NCBI GenBank assembly: GCA_963841895.1 | Contig: CAWJEO010000020.1 | Coordinates: 87,852 to 151,851 of the forward strand | Direction: 5' to 3' | Length of the DNA: 64,000 nt | From: an uncultured Acidobacteriota bacterium | GTDB lineage: Bacteria; Acidobacteriota; Vicinamibacteria; Vicinamibacterales; UBA2999 | Position numbers and translations under genes: made by a program | Notes under the pieces: model-generated | Databases searched by the model: none | The model's input: only the letters and a program-made list of their open reading frames with translations | Told to the model about the DNA's origin: nothing | Part shown: piece after piece, positions 1-12,820 of the stretch | Layout of the letters: the number at the start of each line of letters is the position of its first letter | Numbering within the stretch: the first letter of the stretch is position 1

Positions 1-2448
1 CAGCACGTTGACGCTGCGCTGCCGCTCGTAGCGCCGCTTCGAGATGAACTCGGTCAGCGCGCCGACGGTGAGGTTGACCGGGCCGATCGGGCGGACGTAC
101 GCCGCGTTCAGCTTGAGGTTGTGCGGACGGTCGTGAATCGGGCGACCGGTCTTGTTCGCGCCGTCGTTGACGTCGGCGCACGGAATCGATGCCGCCGCTG
201 CCGATCGTCGGATCGACCGTGGTCCGGCACTGGGCGTCGAGGAAGTCGCCAAGCGTCGATGAAGTTCTCGACGAAGTGGTTGCCTTCGGTTTGCGAATAC
301 GTGTAGCTGCCCTGCGCGTTCCAGTTGTTGGAGAAGCGCTTCTCGAGGGTGAACTGCACGCCCTGGTAGTCGCGCTCGGCCGGCTCGTAGTTGACGACCT
401 GTGCGGTGGATCGAGCCGTCGGCGTTGAACGTCAGGACGTCGTCAATCAGGTTGTCCCAGGTGCGGTCGATGTAGCGCGATACCCGTGCCCATGTCGCGG
501 CCGAACTGGCGCTGGAAGCCGATGGTGAACTCGTCCATGTGGTACGGCTTCAGGTCGGTGTTCGGCACGAAGTCGGCGCCGCCGACCCGGACACGACTCG
601 GTGAACACGTACTGCGCTGCCGTTCCAGCGTGAACAGGTCGTAGTTCTCCTGCTGCGGCACCGCCGCGAACGAGTCCGAGAAGCCCTGGATGATGCTCGC
701 GTGATAGCGGCCGTAGCTGCCGGTCACGAGCGTCTTGCCGTCGCCCGAGACGTCGTAGCTGGCGGCCATGCGCGGCGCGAACACGTTGGTGTCCACCGTC
801 TGCGTGCCGATGTCGCTGCTGCCCGTCTGACTTCTCCCAGCGCAGCCCGGCCTCGACGAAGAAGCGGTTGGTCACCTGGAACTTGTCGCGGGCGAAGAGC
901 GCGTAGTTGTCGCCGTTCGAGATCGATGGACCGGTCTCGTAGTCGAGCCGGTAGAGCGGCGTGACCGTGGCCGGTGCGCCTGGTCGTAGTTCTCGGCGTC
1001 GTAGAGCTGGCCGTTGGGATACTTGAACTCGGCCGCCGATTCGACGTTCTGGAAGTCGAAGCCGACCTTGATGTCGTGGCTCCGGCCGCCCGGCGTCAGG
1101 AACCAGTTGCTCGCGAGGTTGAACTGCTGGCGCGGGCGATCCGTGAAGCCGTCGAACGTCGCGCCGTTGTAGTACTTGCGTCGCGACTCGTTGAAAATCG
1201 GCGCGTTGGCCAGGCGGCCGCTCGCCTCGTAGGTCGTGACGAACGAGCTGGCCGCTGTAGTCGGCGAACGCGGCCTCGATCGACCAGTTGTCCTTGAGCA
1301 CGCCGCTGTACTGCGCCGCATAGTTCTTCGCGGTCTGGTTCTGCAGCGGTCAGCGCCGCGCGCTCGCCGGACGGCGCCCCAGTAGTCGTCCACGAAGCCG
1401 TCGGTGGGCGACCGGTAGTACTTGACCCACACCGTCTGACCTTCGGCAACCTGGACCGTGCCGCGACCGTTGAAGAACTTGTTCTCGGTCGTCTGCTGGT
1501 AATCCTCCGGGATCTGGCCGACGGTCTGCCGCTGCGGCGTCGTGTTCTTCGAGTACTCGTAGGCGCCGAAGAACCAGGCGCGATCGCGACAGATCGGGCC
1601 GCCACCCGTGAAGGTGTACACCGGGTTCACCTTGTCGAACTTGACGCGCGCCAGCGAGGCGTTGTTGATCTCGTTGACGGTGTTGTTCTGCGCGTCCCAG
1701 TTGTCATTCAGGAAGATGTACTTTGCCGAGCCCTCGAACCTGTTGGTGCCCGACTTGGTGATGACGTTGACGATGGCGCCCTGGGCGCGGCCGTATTCCG
1801 CCGAGACGCCCGAGGTGTAGATCGACACTTCCTGAATCGCTTCGAAGTTCAGGTTCGTGCCGAACGTGCCCGTCGTCGGGTCGGTCGTGTCGACCGAGTC
1901 GATGATGAACAGGTTGTTGCTGGTCAGCGCGCCGAGGGCGTTGACGTTGCCGGTGCCGACGACGCCGGGCGCGGCGCCAATGAGCGCCTGGTAGCTGCGG
2001 CCCACCGGGAGCTTCTCGAACTCCTCGCGGCGGACGCGGGTGTTGGCGGCGGTGTTGGTCGCGTCGACAATCGGAGTCTGGCCCACGACCTCAATCGTGT
2101 CGGTCAGGGCGCCGAGCTTCATGCCGAACGCAACGCTGTGTTCTTGTCGGTCTCGACCAGGTTGTCGGCCGCCTGCGCCGTTTCGAACCCTTGCAGCGTC
2201 GCGACGACGCGGTACAGTCCAATCGGCACTGCGGGGAACGTGTAGCGACCGTTTTCGTCGCTGACCGTCGACCGCGAGAAGCCGCGATCCTGACTGGTCA
2301 TCGTGACGGTCACGCCCGGCAACGCACCACCGGTTGCGTCCTTGATATCGCCGCTGATGGTGCCGGTCTGCGCGGGCTGCGCAAACGCGGGGGTCGCCAG
2401 AGCCGTCAACAGCGCGACCAGCAGGCCTCTGGACAGAATCCTGAGCAT
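1..2448 (-). CDS. TonB-dependent outer-membrane receptor with an N-terminal carboxypeptidase-regulatory-like domain. The C-terminus runs off the window and the frame is broken several times.
   Basis: ATG at 2448. Signal peptide MLRILSRGLLVALLTALATPAFA is followed by GTISGDIKDATGGALPGVTVTMT...ENGRYTF. Plug and barrel segments (VGRSYQALIGAAPGV, GAIVNVITKSGTN, FTLEKRFSNNWNAQGSYTYS) are spread over ORFs 2119-2661, 872-2122, 447-1301, 443-796 and 108-359 in different frames. Confidence 0.85.
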
Positions 2449-2703
2449 ATCGATTCCTCTCTCTTGAGAACGGGGGCTATGTTCTCCGGGTGGATCCGGA
2501 CGGTACGCCCGTACCGTCGCCAGCCAGGCGTCGTTCGTCACGCCTGACAGGAGATTCGTAACCAGATAACAAGATTGGTACCACAACCGGGACCAGCTTG
2601 ATTGTGCAGTTTTGGCCTGATTTGGCCCGGGACGACCGCAGTTCGTCCCTAGCTCAAGCATTGTGAATTCAATCGGCCGTATGAAGAGCTACGGTTACAT
2701 GGA

Positions 2704-2950
2704 CAGGTGCGATGGGTGCGCCAGGTGCGACGGGTGCGGCAGGTGCGGTGCGGTGCACGGGTGCGTCAGGTGCAGGTGCGACAGGTGCACCGGTGCGGTG
2801 CCACTGGTTCGTGCGCAAACTCAGGCGGCGCGAGCTTCTGCTAGCATCGCACCTGCGCACCCTGGGCACCTGCGCACCTGTCGCACCGCGCCGCACCGCG
2901 CACTCGCACCTGACGCACCCGATCGCACCTGACGCACCCGTCGCACCCGG
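2704..2950. repeat. Inverted pair of about 9-nt tandem-repeat arrays, NNNGGTGCG x about 11 (2704-2802) facing CGCACCNNN x about 11 (2848-2948).
   Basis: Read directly: caggtgcga tgggtgcgc caggtgcga cgggtgcgg caggtgcgg ... and cgcacctg cgcaccctg ... cgcacctga cgcacccgt cgcacccgg. It lies between the divergent starts at 2448 (-) and 2958 (+). Confidence 0.85.
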
Positions 2951-2957
2951 TAGCCCC

Positions 2958-3851
2958 ATGCCCGTCATCGAATGCATCCCGAACGTCAGCGAAGGCCAAC
3001 GCCCTGAAGTCGTCGAGCAGCTCACCGCGGCGATTCGCGGCACCGAGGGTGTGCGCCTGCTCGACGTGCAGTCGGATGCGACTCACCACCGGTCGGTTCT
3101 GACCTTCGTCGGCGATCGGCAGCCGATTCGTGACGCGGTACTGCGGCTCTACGAAGCGGCGATCGCGGCGATCGATCTCCGGAACCATCGCGGCGAGCAT
3201 CCGCGGCTCGGCGCCGTCGACGTCTGCCCGTTCGTCCCGATCGAGGGCGTCACGCTGCAAGACTGCGCGGCGCTCGCGCGCGAGGTCGGGAGCGAGGTCG
3301 CGTCGCGCTTCGACCTGCCGGTGTTCCTGTATGAGGACGCCGCGACGAGCCCGGCCCGGCGGAATCTCGAGGACATCCGTCGCGGCGAGTTCGAAGGACT
3401 CTCGACCAAGCTCCAGCAGCCCGAATGGAAACCGGATTTCGGGCCGGCAGCGCCGCACCCCTCGGCCGGCGCGACCGTGATTGGCGCGCGGATGCCGCTC
3501 ATCGCCTACAACATCAACCTCGCGACCGATCGCCTCGACGTCGCCAAGAAGATCGCCGCCGCCATCCGCATGAGCAGCGGCGGCTACCGCTTCGTCAAAG
3601 CCATGGGCCTCGCCCTCGAAGACCGCGGCATCGTCCAGGTCTCGATGAACCTGACCAACTACGAGAAGACGCCGATCTTCCGCGTGTTCGAAACCGTGAA
3701 GCGCGAAGCCGCGCGCTACGGCGTCAGTGTTCTGGAAAGCGAGATCGTCGGACTGGTGCCCTCAGCGGCGCTCACACAGACGGCCGAGTTCTATCTGCAG
3801 CTCGAAGGCTTCCGCGCTGAACAGGTCCTCGAGTCGCGCTTGCGCCAGTAG
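2958..3851 (+). CDS. ftcD: Glutamate formimidoyltransferase (FtcD N-terminal/formiminotransferase domain only).
   Basis: MPVIECIPNVSEGQRPEVV...HHRSVLTFVG...RLGAVDVCPFVP...YRFVKAMGL...ESEIVGLVP is a full-length match to the formiminotransferase family. The ORF is intact. The ORF-track start at 2712 is a repeat-encoded extension. Confidence 0.9.
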   Translation: MPVIECIPNVSEGQRPEVVEQLTAAIRGTEGVRLLDVQSDATHHRSVLTFVGDRQPIRDAVLRLYEAAIAAIDLRNHRGEHPRLGAVDVCPFVPIEGVTLQDCAALAREVGSEVASRFDLPVFLYEDAATSPARRNLEDIRRGEFEGLSTKLQQPEWKPDFGPAAPHPSAGATVIGARMPLIAYNINLATDRLDVAKKIAAAIRMSSGGYRFVKAMGLALEDRGIVQVSMNLTNYEKTPIFRVFETVKREAARYGVSVLESEIVGLVPSAALTQTAEFYLQLEGFRAEQVLESRLRQ

Positions 3852-3874
3852 AGGCCGTGCCGGCGACGGCGGGA

Positions 3875-5234
3875 TCATTCCCGCGCGGGTCCAATGCCGT
3901 ACGCCTTCATCTTCTTGTAGAGATTGCTCCGCTCGACGCCGAGGATCTCCGCCGTGCGCGAGATGTTGCCGCCTTGCGCGGCCAGGGCCTGCAGGATGTA
4001 GTTGCGCTCGAACTGCTCGCGCGCGTCGTGGAGGGTCAGCGTCGATGCCGCCGCCGGCGTGGCCACCGCGACCGCGTCGTGACTCAGGAACGCCAGATCC
4101 TGCGCGGTGATCGTGTCGCCCGGCACCATGATCATGAGCCGCTCGATGACGTTCCGCAGCTCGCGGACGTTCCCCGGCCACGGATAGTGCTGGAGCCGGG
4201 CCCTCGCTTCCGGCGCCACCCGCTTCGGCCGCCGGCCGTACTCCGCCGCCATCAACGCCATGAAGTGATCGGCGAGGAGCGGGATGTCGTCCTGCCGATC
4301 GCGCAGCGGCGGCACGAAGATCGGGATCACGTTGAGGCGGAAGTAGAGATCCTCGCGAAACGCGCCGGCTCGGATCTCCGACGGCAGATCCTTGTTGGTT
4401 GCGGCCAGCACGCGCACGTCGACCGTGATCCGCTGCGTGCCGCCGACGCGCTCCATGACCTGCTCCTGCAGCACCCGCAGCACCTTGGCCTGCGTTTTCA
4501 GGCTCATGTCGCCGATTTCGTCGAGGAAGATCGTGCCGGTCGTGGCCTGCTCGAAGCGCCCCGGCTTGTCGGCGACGGCGCCGGTAAACGCGCCCTTCAT
4601 GTGCCCGAACAGCTCCGACTCGATCAGCTCTTCGGGAATCGCCGCACAGTTGACCTCGACGAACGGACGCGTTCCGGCGCCGGCTGAGCTGATGCACGGT
4701 GCGCGCGACGAGTTCCTTGCCCGTGCCATTCTCGCCGTAGACCAGCACGCGGCCGTTGGTCGGCGCGGCCGTCTCGACCTGCTCGCGCAGCTGCCGCATC
4801 GCCAGGCTCTCGCCCACCATGACGAGCTGACGATCGACCCGCGCCCGCAGCGCCCGGTTCTCGGTCTCGAGGTCGCGCTGTCGCAGCGCGTTGCGCACGA
4901 CGAGCACCGTCTTCTCGAGCGACAGCGGCTTCTCGACGAAGTCGAAGGCGCCCATCTTGATCGCCCGGACCGCCGACTCGATGTTGCCATGGCCCGAGAT
5001 CATCACGACTTGCGCGTCCACTTTGCGCTCGCGCAGGCGCTGCAGCGTGACGAGGCCATCGACACCCGGCAGCCAGACGTCGAGCACGATGACGTCATAC
5101 GCCGCGCGGGTCGCCCGATCGAGGCACTCTTCCCCGCTCGCGGCCGCCTCGACGTCGAACCCCTCGTCGCGGAGCACGCCGCTCAGCGACGAACGGACGC
5201 CCGGCTCGTCATCGACAATCAGAATGGATGCCAC
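3875..5234 (-). CDS. Sigma54-dependent response regulator (REC + AAA+ + Fis HTH; NtrX/NtrC-like), with one frame break near 4685.
   Basis: REC domain [17 protein letters not shown]...[17 protein letters not shown]+ domain [40 protein letters not shown] motif [23 protein letters not shown]. Split over ORFs 3762-5234 and 3875-4990. Confidence 0.9.
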
Positions 5235-5254
5235 GAAGATTCACTCGTCCGCCG

Positions 5255-7555
5255 TCACACCGGCAACTCGATCGTAAATCGAGTGCCGCGCGGCAGGTTC
5301 GCGGCCACATCGATGGTGCCGCCGTGCTCGACGACGATGCGCCGGACGATGGCGAGGCCGAGACCGCTGCCGCGTCCCTTGGTCGAGTAGTACGGCAGGA
5401 ACAGCTTCTCCCGATCCTCGGGCGGAATCCCGTGGCCATCGTCGGCGACCGTGATCCGCACCAGGTTGTTCGACGGATCGTGTGCCGTCTCGAGGACGAT
5501 CGTGCCGCGCCGGTCGGTCGCTTCGACCGCGTTGTCGACGAGATTGATGATGACGCGGCGCATCTGCTCGGGATCGACGCGCACTTGCGGCAGCGCCTCG
5601 GCGAACTGGCGCTCGAAGCGAACGTCGGTGAGCAGGCCGTCGTAGAGCACCAGCGTGTCCGCGAGCAGCTGGTGCAAATCGGTGACGACCGCCCGCGGCG
5701 CCGGCATGCGCGCGAACTGCGAGAACTCGTCGACGAGATTCTTGAGCGATTCCACCTCGCCGATGATCGTCGTCGTGCACTCCTGCACGAAGTCGGAGAG
5801 CGGTTGGTCGAGCGATGACAGCTTCCGGCGCATCCGCTCGGCGGAGAGCTGAATCGGCGTCAGCGGGTTCTTGATTTCGTGCGCCAACCGCCGCGCCACC
5901 TCGCGCCACGCCGCGACCTTCTGCGTCCGAATGAGCGGCGTCACATCGTCGAGCACCAGCACCGTGCCTTCGTAGTCGCCGTCGGCGCCGGCCAGCCGCG
6001 TCACCGCGGCCGCGACGTGCACGTTCGTGCCCCTCGCGAACCACCGCGACTTCCTGCGCGAAGGCGTCGGACCGGGCCCGAGCCGCCTGATCGAGCACGC
6101 TGTTGATCGCCTGCAGATCGCCGCGGCCGAAACACGTCAACGGCGGGCCGGCCGACGCTGTCGGCGCCGATCTCGAGCAGTCGCATCGCGGCGGGGTTGA
6201 TCGTGCCGATTCGCCCGGCCGGATCGATCGACACCACGCCGGTTGCGACCCGCTCGAGAATCGTCTCGATGTATCGGCGCCGGCCTTCGACCTCCTGGTT
6301 CTTGCGCTCGAGATCGATCGCGGCGCGCTCGAGCCGGCGCCGGCTCGACGCCAGTTCGGCGGCCATCGTGTTGAACGCTTCGATCATCGATCCGAACTCA
6401 TCGGCCGCTTCGTGCTCGATGCGCTGGTCATAGCGGCCCTGCCCGATTTCTCTTGCCGCGACCGACAGCAGCTGCGCCGGCCGGGTGATGCGTTTCGCCA
6501 GGTACAGCCCCATCCAGGTCGAGCTGACGAGAATGAGCAGCGTCACCATCACGAAGAAGCCCAGATAGACAGCGGCCAGCGGCTGGCTGAGCACCCGCAG
6601 CTGCGTGTAGTCCTCGTACGCCTTGGTCATGCGCCGCGACAGGTCGGCGAGATCGCCCGGAGAGGTAGTCGCTGGCGACGACCACGCCGGTCACCTGCCG
6701 CGCGCTGTTGCGAATGACGCTGGCGGCGCGCATCAGATCGCCGCCGCCGCGCACTTCCTCGAACTCCGGCTCGAGCTGCGCGCCCGAGGCGACGCGCGAG
6801 GCGAGCCGGTCGGCGGAGGCGCGCGGCCACTCGCGCGGCAGCGATGGCGTCGTCACGTCGACGAGCGGCTCGACGTCGAACGCCGTCCGCCCGGCAGCGG
6901 TTTCGCGCGGTAGACCTGAACGATCGCGATCCGCCGCTCGTTGACGTCCCGGGTGAGCTGCTCGCGGACGCTGCGCGGAGGTCGGTCGAGGTCAGATCCG
7001 CGGTCGTCGAGGGCCGCGGCCAGCCGCGCCGGCGTGTTCGACCACCGCCTGCTGGCGCTCTGCGGTAGTAGTCGGCCGCGAGCTGACTGGCCGACGACAG
7101 CACCTCTTCGACCGGCTCGTTGAACCACTGCCCCATCGCTCGAAGGACAACGTTGCTGCCGACGAGGAGGACGAGCAGCGCCGGCACCAGCGTCATGCCG
7201 AGGAGGACGAACACCAGCTTGGCGCGGAAGCGGGCGAACGGAATGGCGCGCCGCCGCTCGACGAGCAGCTTGATGATGTTGCGCGCGAGGACGAAGACCA
7301 GCGCCAGCAGCATCATCACGTCGATCGCCGACAGCGCGTAGAGCACGACCTCGGTGAGGAAGTCGGGCGACAGCCGCGACGTCCGCTCCGCGACCACGAG
7401 GATCGCGATGAGCACGCCGACGAGGACGGCGATGCCGGCGAGAATGAGTCGGGGTTGTCGCGGAACGGGCGGCGTGGCGGGGGCACGCCCGGCGGGGGCA
7501 CGCCCGGCGCGGGCGGTGGCGGCGAAGCAGCAGCGGTCGCGGGACGCGCCATCAC
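5255..7555 (-). CDS. NtrY-like membrane sensor histidine kinase (TM-HAMP-PAS-HisKA-HATPase), with five or more frame breaks.
   Basis: N-terminal TM block LSPDFLTEVVLYALSAIDVMMLLALVFVLARN. HAMP region YLAKRITRPAQLL. PAS region ILERVATGVVSIDPAGRIGTINPAA. H-box RRLAHEIKNPLTPIQL. ATPase region DDGHGIPPEDREKLFLPYYSTKGRGSGLGLAIV. The start is uncertain. Confidence 0.85.
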
Positions 7556-7569
7556 ATGACCGGGCGGGC

Positions 7570-8034
7570 TCAGTCTTTGGCGTTCAGCAAATCCTTGAGC
7601 TCGCTCATGAACTCGCCGATGTCGCGGAAGTGCCGATAGACCGAGGCAAATCGCACGTAGGCCACTTTATCGAGCCGCTTCAGTTCGTGCATCACGAAAG
7701 CGCCGACCTCGGCCGTCGCAATCTCCTTCTCCGGCCGCTCCTGCAGCATCGCCTCGACCCGGTCGGCGACGTCCTCGATCGCCGCGACGCTCACCGGCCG
7801 CTTCTCACACGCCTTGAGCAGACCGGCCACCAGCTTCTGCCGCTCGAAGCGTTCCCGCGTGCCGTCCTTCTTGACGACCATATACGGGATCTCGTCGATG
7901 CGCTCGTAGCTGGTGAATCGCTTCTGGCATTCGTCGTTGAGACACTGCCGCCGCCGGCGGATGACGTCGCCTTCCTTGCTCTCGCGCGAATCGACGACCT
8001 TGTCGCCAAGGTTGCCGCAGTAAGGACATTTCAC
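7570..8034 (-). CDS. nrdR: Transcriptional repressor NrdR.
   Basis: [47 protein letters not shown] plus an ATP-cone. Intact 154 aa ORF. Confidence 0.95.
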   Translation of the reverse strand: MKCPYCGNLGDKVVDSRESKEGDVIRRRRQCLNDECQKRFTSYERIDEIPYMVVKKDGTRERFERQKLVAGLLKACEKRPVSVAAIEDVADRVEAMLQERPEKEIATAEVGAFVMHELKRLDKVAYVRFASVYRHFRDIGEFMSELKDLLNAKD

Positions 8035-9107
8035 GAAGTCACCTCACGGGCGTTACCGCCGGGGCCGCCGCTCGGGCCGGCCGACGCATCCTGTCGCGCC
8101 GTCGACGACAGCTCGCGCAGCCGCGACAGGTTCATCCCGTCGCGGGCCAGAAACCACAAGCCGAGCAGCGTCACCGGGGCGAAGTTCATCGCGTGCTGGA
8201 GAATGGCCGCGCCAATCGCGGCGTCGTTGTCGGCCCCGTAGAACGACGTCACGCCGAGCCTGAACGCCTCGTGGGTGCCGCCGACACCGCCCGGCGTCGG
8301 CAAGCGCGACGCCGACGACGAGCATCGCGGTGATCGAGAAACGAGCCGGTGAACGGCAGCGCGATCGAGAACGCGCGAGCGACCGCCCAGATCTGCGCGG
8401 CGATGGTGAGCCACAACACCAGCGACCAGCCCAGCGCCAGCCCGAGCCGCGATGGCCGCCGCACCACGGCCAGCCCCTGCGCGAACGTCCGCGCGAAGCC
8501 GGCCACGGCGTGCGCCAGCCGCGCCGGAAGGACGCGCTCGGCCTTCAGCACCAGCCCGTGCAGCCGCTCGGGATGCCCGGCCATGACGAACATCGCGACC
8601 AGAATCCCGACGCCGACCGGCACCATCACGAGACCGCCGAGGCGCACGGCCTGGTACAGCCGCGGCGCCGCGGTGGCGGCATCGCCGGCAAAGAACAGGA
8701 AAAAGACGCCGAGCAGTAACAGCACGGCCACGAGATCGAGAATCCGCTCGAGGATGATGGTCGCGAACGCCGCGGTCGGCGGCAGCTGCTCCTGCTTGGC
8801 GAGCAGGTACGGCCGCACCACTTCGCCGGCACGAGCCGGCAGGACGAACGACGCCGCAAAGCCGATGACGGTGGTCCGGAACGCGACCCAGAATCGAGTC
8901 TTCCCCAGCGGCTCGAGCAGGTACTGCCAGCGCTCGGCGCGCACGAAATACGTCGACGGCGGTCAGCGCCAGCGTCAGCGCCAGCATGTCCGGCCGCGCC
9001 GACTGCATCTCGGTCCAGACGCGGGCGAGATCGGCGTTGCGGAGAAAAATGGCCAGCAAGCCGACCGCCAGCCCGACCACGAGAACCGTGCGAAGAACAG
9101 CGCGCAA
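8031..9107 (-). CDS. Flippase-like/lysylphosphatidylglycerol-synthase TM-region family membrane protein (UPF0104), with two frame breaks.
   Basis: [29 protein letters not shown] and [14 protein letters not shown] lie in ORFs 8031-9107 and 8249-8944. There is a 4-nt overlap with the nrdR start. Confidence 0.7.
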   Translation of the reverse strand: MRAVLRTVLVVGLAVGLLAIFLRNADLARVWTEMQSARPDMLALTLALTAVDVFRARRALAVPARAAGEDSILGRVPDHRHRLCGVVRPAGSCRRSGAAVPARQAGAAAADRGVRDHHPRADSRSRGRAVTARRLFPVLCRRCRHRGAAAVPGRAPRRSRDGAGRRRDSGRDVRHGRASRAAARAGAEGRARPSGAAGARRGRLRADVRAGAGRGAAAIAARAGAGLVAGVVAHHRRADLGGRSRVLDRAAVHRLVSRSPRCSSSASRLPTPGGVGGTHEAFRLGVTSFYGADNDAAIGAAILQHAMNFAPVTLLGLWFLARDGMNLSRLRELSSTARQDASAGPSGGPGGNAREVTS

Positions 9108-9168
9108 TCCGGCTCCAGTCTACATGAGGTAACCTAGGCGCCTTCTCGTCAGAACCGCACCTTCCACG

Positions 9169-10094
9169 ATGTCCAGCGCTCCTGTTCTCCCGCCGCTTCT
9201 TGAAACCACGCTCGATGGACTGACGCTCGTCCGGCGAGGCAAGGTCCGCGACCTCTATGCCTGCGACGACGGCCTCGTCATGGTGGCCACCGATCGCATC
9301 TCGGCCTTCGACTACGTGCTCGGGCTCGGGCATTCCCGACAAGGGCCGCGTCCTGACGCAGCTGTCGGCATTCTGGTTCGACGCGCACGCGTCACATCGT
9401 CGACAACCACGTGCGCTCGACCGACGCCCGCCGACTACCCCGCCGTGGCGCAGACCGCACACCGCGCTTCTCGACGGGCGCTCGATGTTCGTGCGCAAGA
9501 CGACGCCGCTGCCGATCGAGTGCGTGGCCCGCGGCTATCTGTCGGGCTCGGGCTGGAAAGACTACAAGGCGACCGGCGAGGTGTGCGGGATTCCGCTGCC
9601 GGCCGGCCTGGTCGAATCGGACCGTCTGCCGGAGCCGATCTTCACGCCGGCGACGAAGGCCGACATCCGGCCACGATCTGAACATCTCGGAAGCCGACGC
9701 CGCCGCGCTCGTCGGCCGCGAACTGCTCGACCGCCTCAAGCAGCTGACGCTGGCGCTCTACCAGTTCGGCGTCGACCACGCCGAGTCGCGCGGCATCATC
9801 CTCGCCGACACGAAGTACGAGTTCGGGCTGACCGACGGCGGCGAGCTGCTGCTGATCGACGAGGTGATGACGCCCGACTCGTCGCGCTACTGGCCGAAGG
9901 ACACCTATCGGCCGGGCGGCGCGCAACCCAGCTTCGACAAGCAGTTCGTGCGCGACTATCTCGAGTCGATCCAGTGGAACAAGCAGCCGCCCGTGCCGTC
10001 GCTGCCCGACGACGTCGTCGCGCGGACCCGCGACAAGTATCTCGACGCCTTTCGCCGGCTGACCGACCGCGAGCTGGAGACCGCCCGTGCGTGA
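9169..10094 (+). CDS. purC: Phosphoribosylaminoimidazole-succinocarboxamide (SAICAR) synthase, with three or more frame breaks.
   Basis: GKVRDLYACDDGLVMVATDRISAFDYVL, IECVARGYLSGSGWKDY, IFTPATKA and ILADTKYEFG...LIDEVMTPDSSRYW are spread over ORFs 9169-9681, 9257-10123 and 9411-10094. Confidence 0.9.
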
Positions 10095-10296
10095 GCGCCT
10101 GCAGCAGCTGGTCGAGGAGATGATCGACAAAGGCATCCGCTACGAGGACGCCCGGCGCGAGTTCGACAAGCACTTCATCTCCCGCGTCGTGTCCACCTGC
10201 GACGGCAACCTCGGCCAGGCCGCCAAGGCGCTGGGGGTCCACCGCAACACGCTCACGCGGAAGATTCGCGACCTGAAACTCCGCGTCGCTCGCTGA
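10087..10296 (+). CDS. Small Fis-family helix-turn-helix DNA-binding protein.
   Basis: C-terminal GNLGQAAKALGVHRNTLTRKIRDLKL. Intact 69 aa ORF that overlaps the purC end by 8 nt. Confidence 0.7.
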   Translation: MRERLQQLVEEMIDKGIRYEDARREFDKHFISRVVSTCDGNLGQAAKALGVHRNTLTRKIRDLKLRVAR

Positions 10297-10380
10297 CGGC
10301 TCCGCCTCCGCGCAAAGGCTACGGCGGACGAGCCGCCCGCCGGCGGCGCGTGGCGCGGCCAACTCGCGGCGCCGGTGCGC

Positions 10381-10410
10381 TTGACACGGCGCCACGCGGA
10401 CTCCATATCA
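10381..10410 (+). promoter_or_regulatory. Sigma70-type promoter candidate for groESL (TTGACA at 10381-10386, with an ATATCA/TATCAT -10-like element 18-19 nt downstream).
   Basis: ttgacacggcgccacgcggactccatatca lies immediately upstream of CIRCE, which is the classical arrangement. Confidence 0.5.
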
Positions 10411-10437
10411 TTAGCAGTCGTCCAGGTCGAGTGCTAG
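10411..10437 (+). promoter_or_regulatory. CIRCE operator (HrcA binding site).
   Basis: TTAGCAGTC-gtccaggtc-GAGTGCTAG compared with the consensus TTAGCACTC-N9-GAGTGCTAA, 150 nt upstream of groES. Confidence 0.85.
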
Positions 10438-10586
10438 CATCACAGAGCATGTGACTGCTAGCACTGTCCGAGGCCGAGCCGGAAGCGGCTCAGCCCGGTC
10501 GGGTCGGCTGCGGGACGCGCCTATTTCGTTCACCGTTTGACGTATCACCAACCACTAAACCGAGAGCGACCTGGAGTGCACCAGAC

Positions 10587-10877
10587 ATGGCACTGAGACC
10601 GCTGCATGACCGTATCCTCGTTGAACGCCTCGAGGAAGAAGAACAGAAAGTCGGGGGCATCATCATTCCCGATTCCGCCAAGGAAAAGCCTCAGCAGGGC
10701 AAAGTCATCGCCGTTGGCGCCGGCAAGGCCGACAAGGACGGCAAGCGCATCCCGCTGGATGTGAAGGACGGCGACACCATCCTCTTCGGCAAGTATTCCG
10801 GCCAGGAGATCAAGGTCGACGGCAACGAATACCTCATCATGCGTGAGGACGAAGTCCTCGCCGTTGTCACGAAATAA
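10587..10877 (+). CDS. groES: Co-chaperonin GroES.
   Basis: [44 protein letters not shown]. Intact. Confidence 0.97.
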   Translation: MALRPLHDRILVERLEEEEQKVGGIIIPDSAKEKPQQGKVIAVGAGKADKDGKRIPLDVKDGDTILFGKYSGQEIKVDGNEYLIMREDEVLAVVTK

Positions 10878-12557
<1,680 letters not shown>

Positions 12558-12652
12558 GTTCCGAGACGGAACACAAGAACAAAGGAACAAGAGAACCAGG
12601 AACGGTCAATGCCGGAACTCCGGAACTCCGGAACGGTTACTGGAACAACTCG
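12558..12652 (+). repeat. Tandem array of about 8-nt units with a GGAAC core, about 11 units, all direct.
   Basis: acggaaca caagaaca aaggaaca agagaacc aggaacgg ... ggaactcc ggaactcc ggaacggt, directly after the groEL stop. Confidence 0.8.
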
Positions 12653-12661
12653 AGCATTCAA

Positions 12662-12694
12662 GGCCCGGTGGCGCAAATCCACCGGGCTTTTTTT
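12662..12694 (+). terminator. Rho-independent terminator of groESL.
   Basis: ggcccggtgg cgcaaat ccaccgggc followed by ttttttt. Confidence 0.85.
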
Positions 12695-12744
12695 ATGTCA
12701 TCCATCCATTTTTCCGGGTTGCGAAATCCCTCCCTCTGGTCCCT

Positions 12745-12798
12745 AATTCCCTCGATTCCAGATCGCCAGATCTCCAGATTCCTGATCTCCAGATCTCT
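12745..12798 (+). repeat. Tandem array of 8-nt units with a CCAGATC core.
   Basis: ccagatcg ccagatct ccagattc ctgatct ccagatct at 12758-12796, just upstream of the amidase RBS (ggag at 12811). Confidence 0.8.
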
Positions 12799-12820
12799 TT
12801 ACGCTCCGAAGGAGCCCGAC

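Noticed and set aside
2704-2950. Possibility that the short-unit arrays (here and at the other loci) are CRISPR arrays.
   Set aside because: The units are 7-9 nt, contiguous and degenerate. There are no 25-40 nt repeats, no unique spacers and no cas genes in the window.
2712-2957. Gly/Ala-rich (collagen-like GAPGATGAAGA) N-terminal extension of ftcD suggested by the ORF track.
   Set aside because: It is the translation of the GGTGCG repeat. The family-conserved N-terminus MPVIECIPNVSEG starts at 2958. The 54926-54982 extension of the MBL gene is rejected for the same reason.
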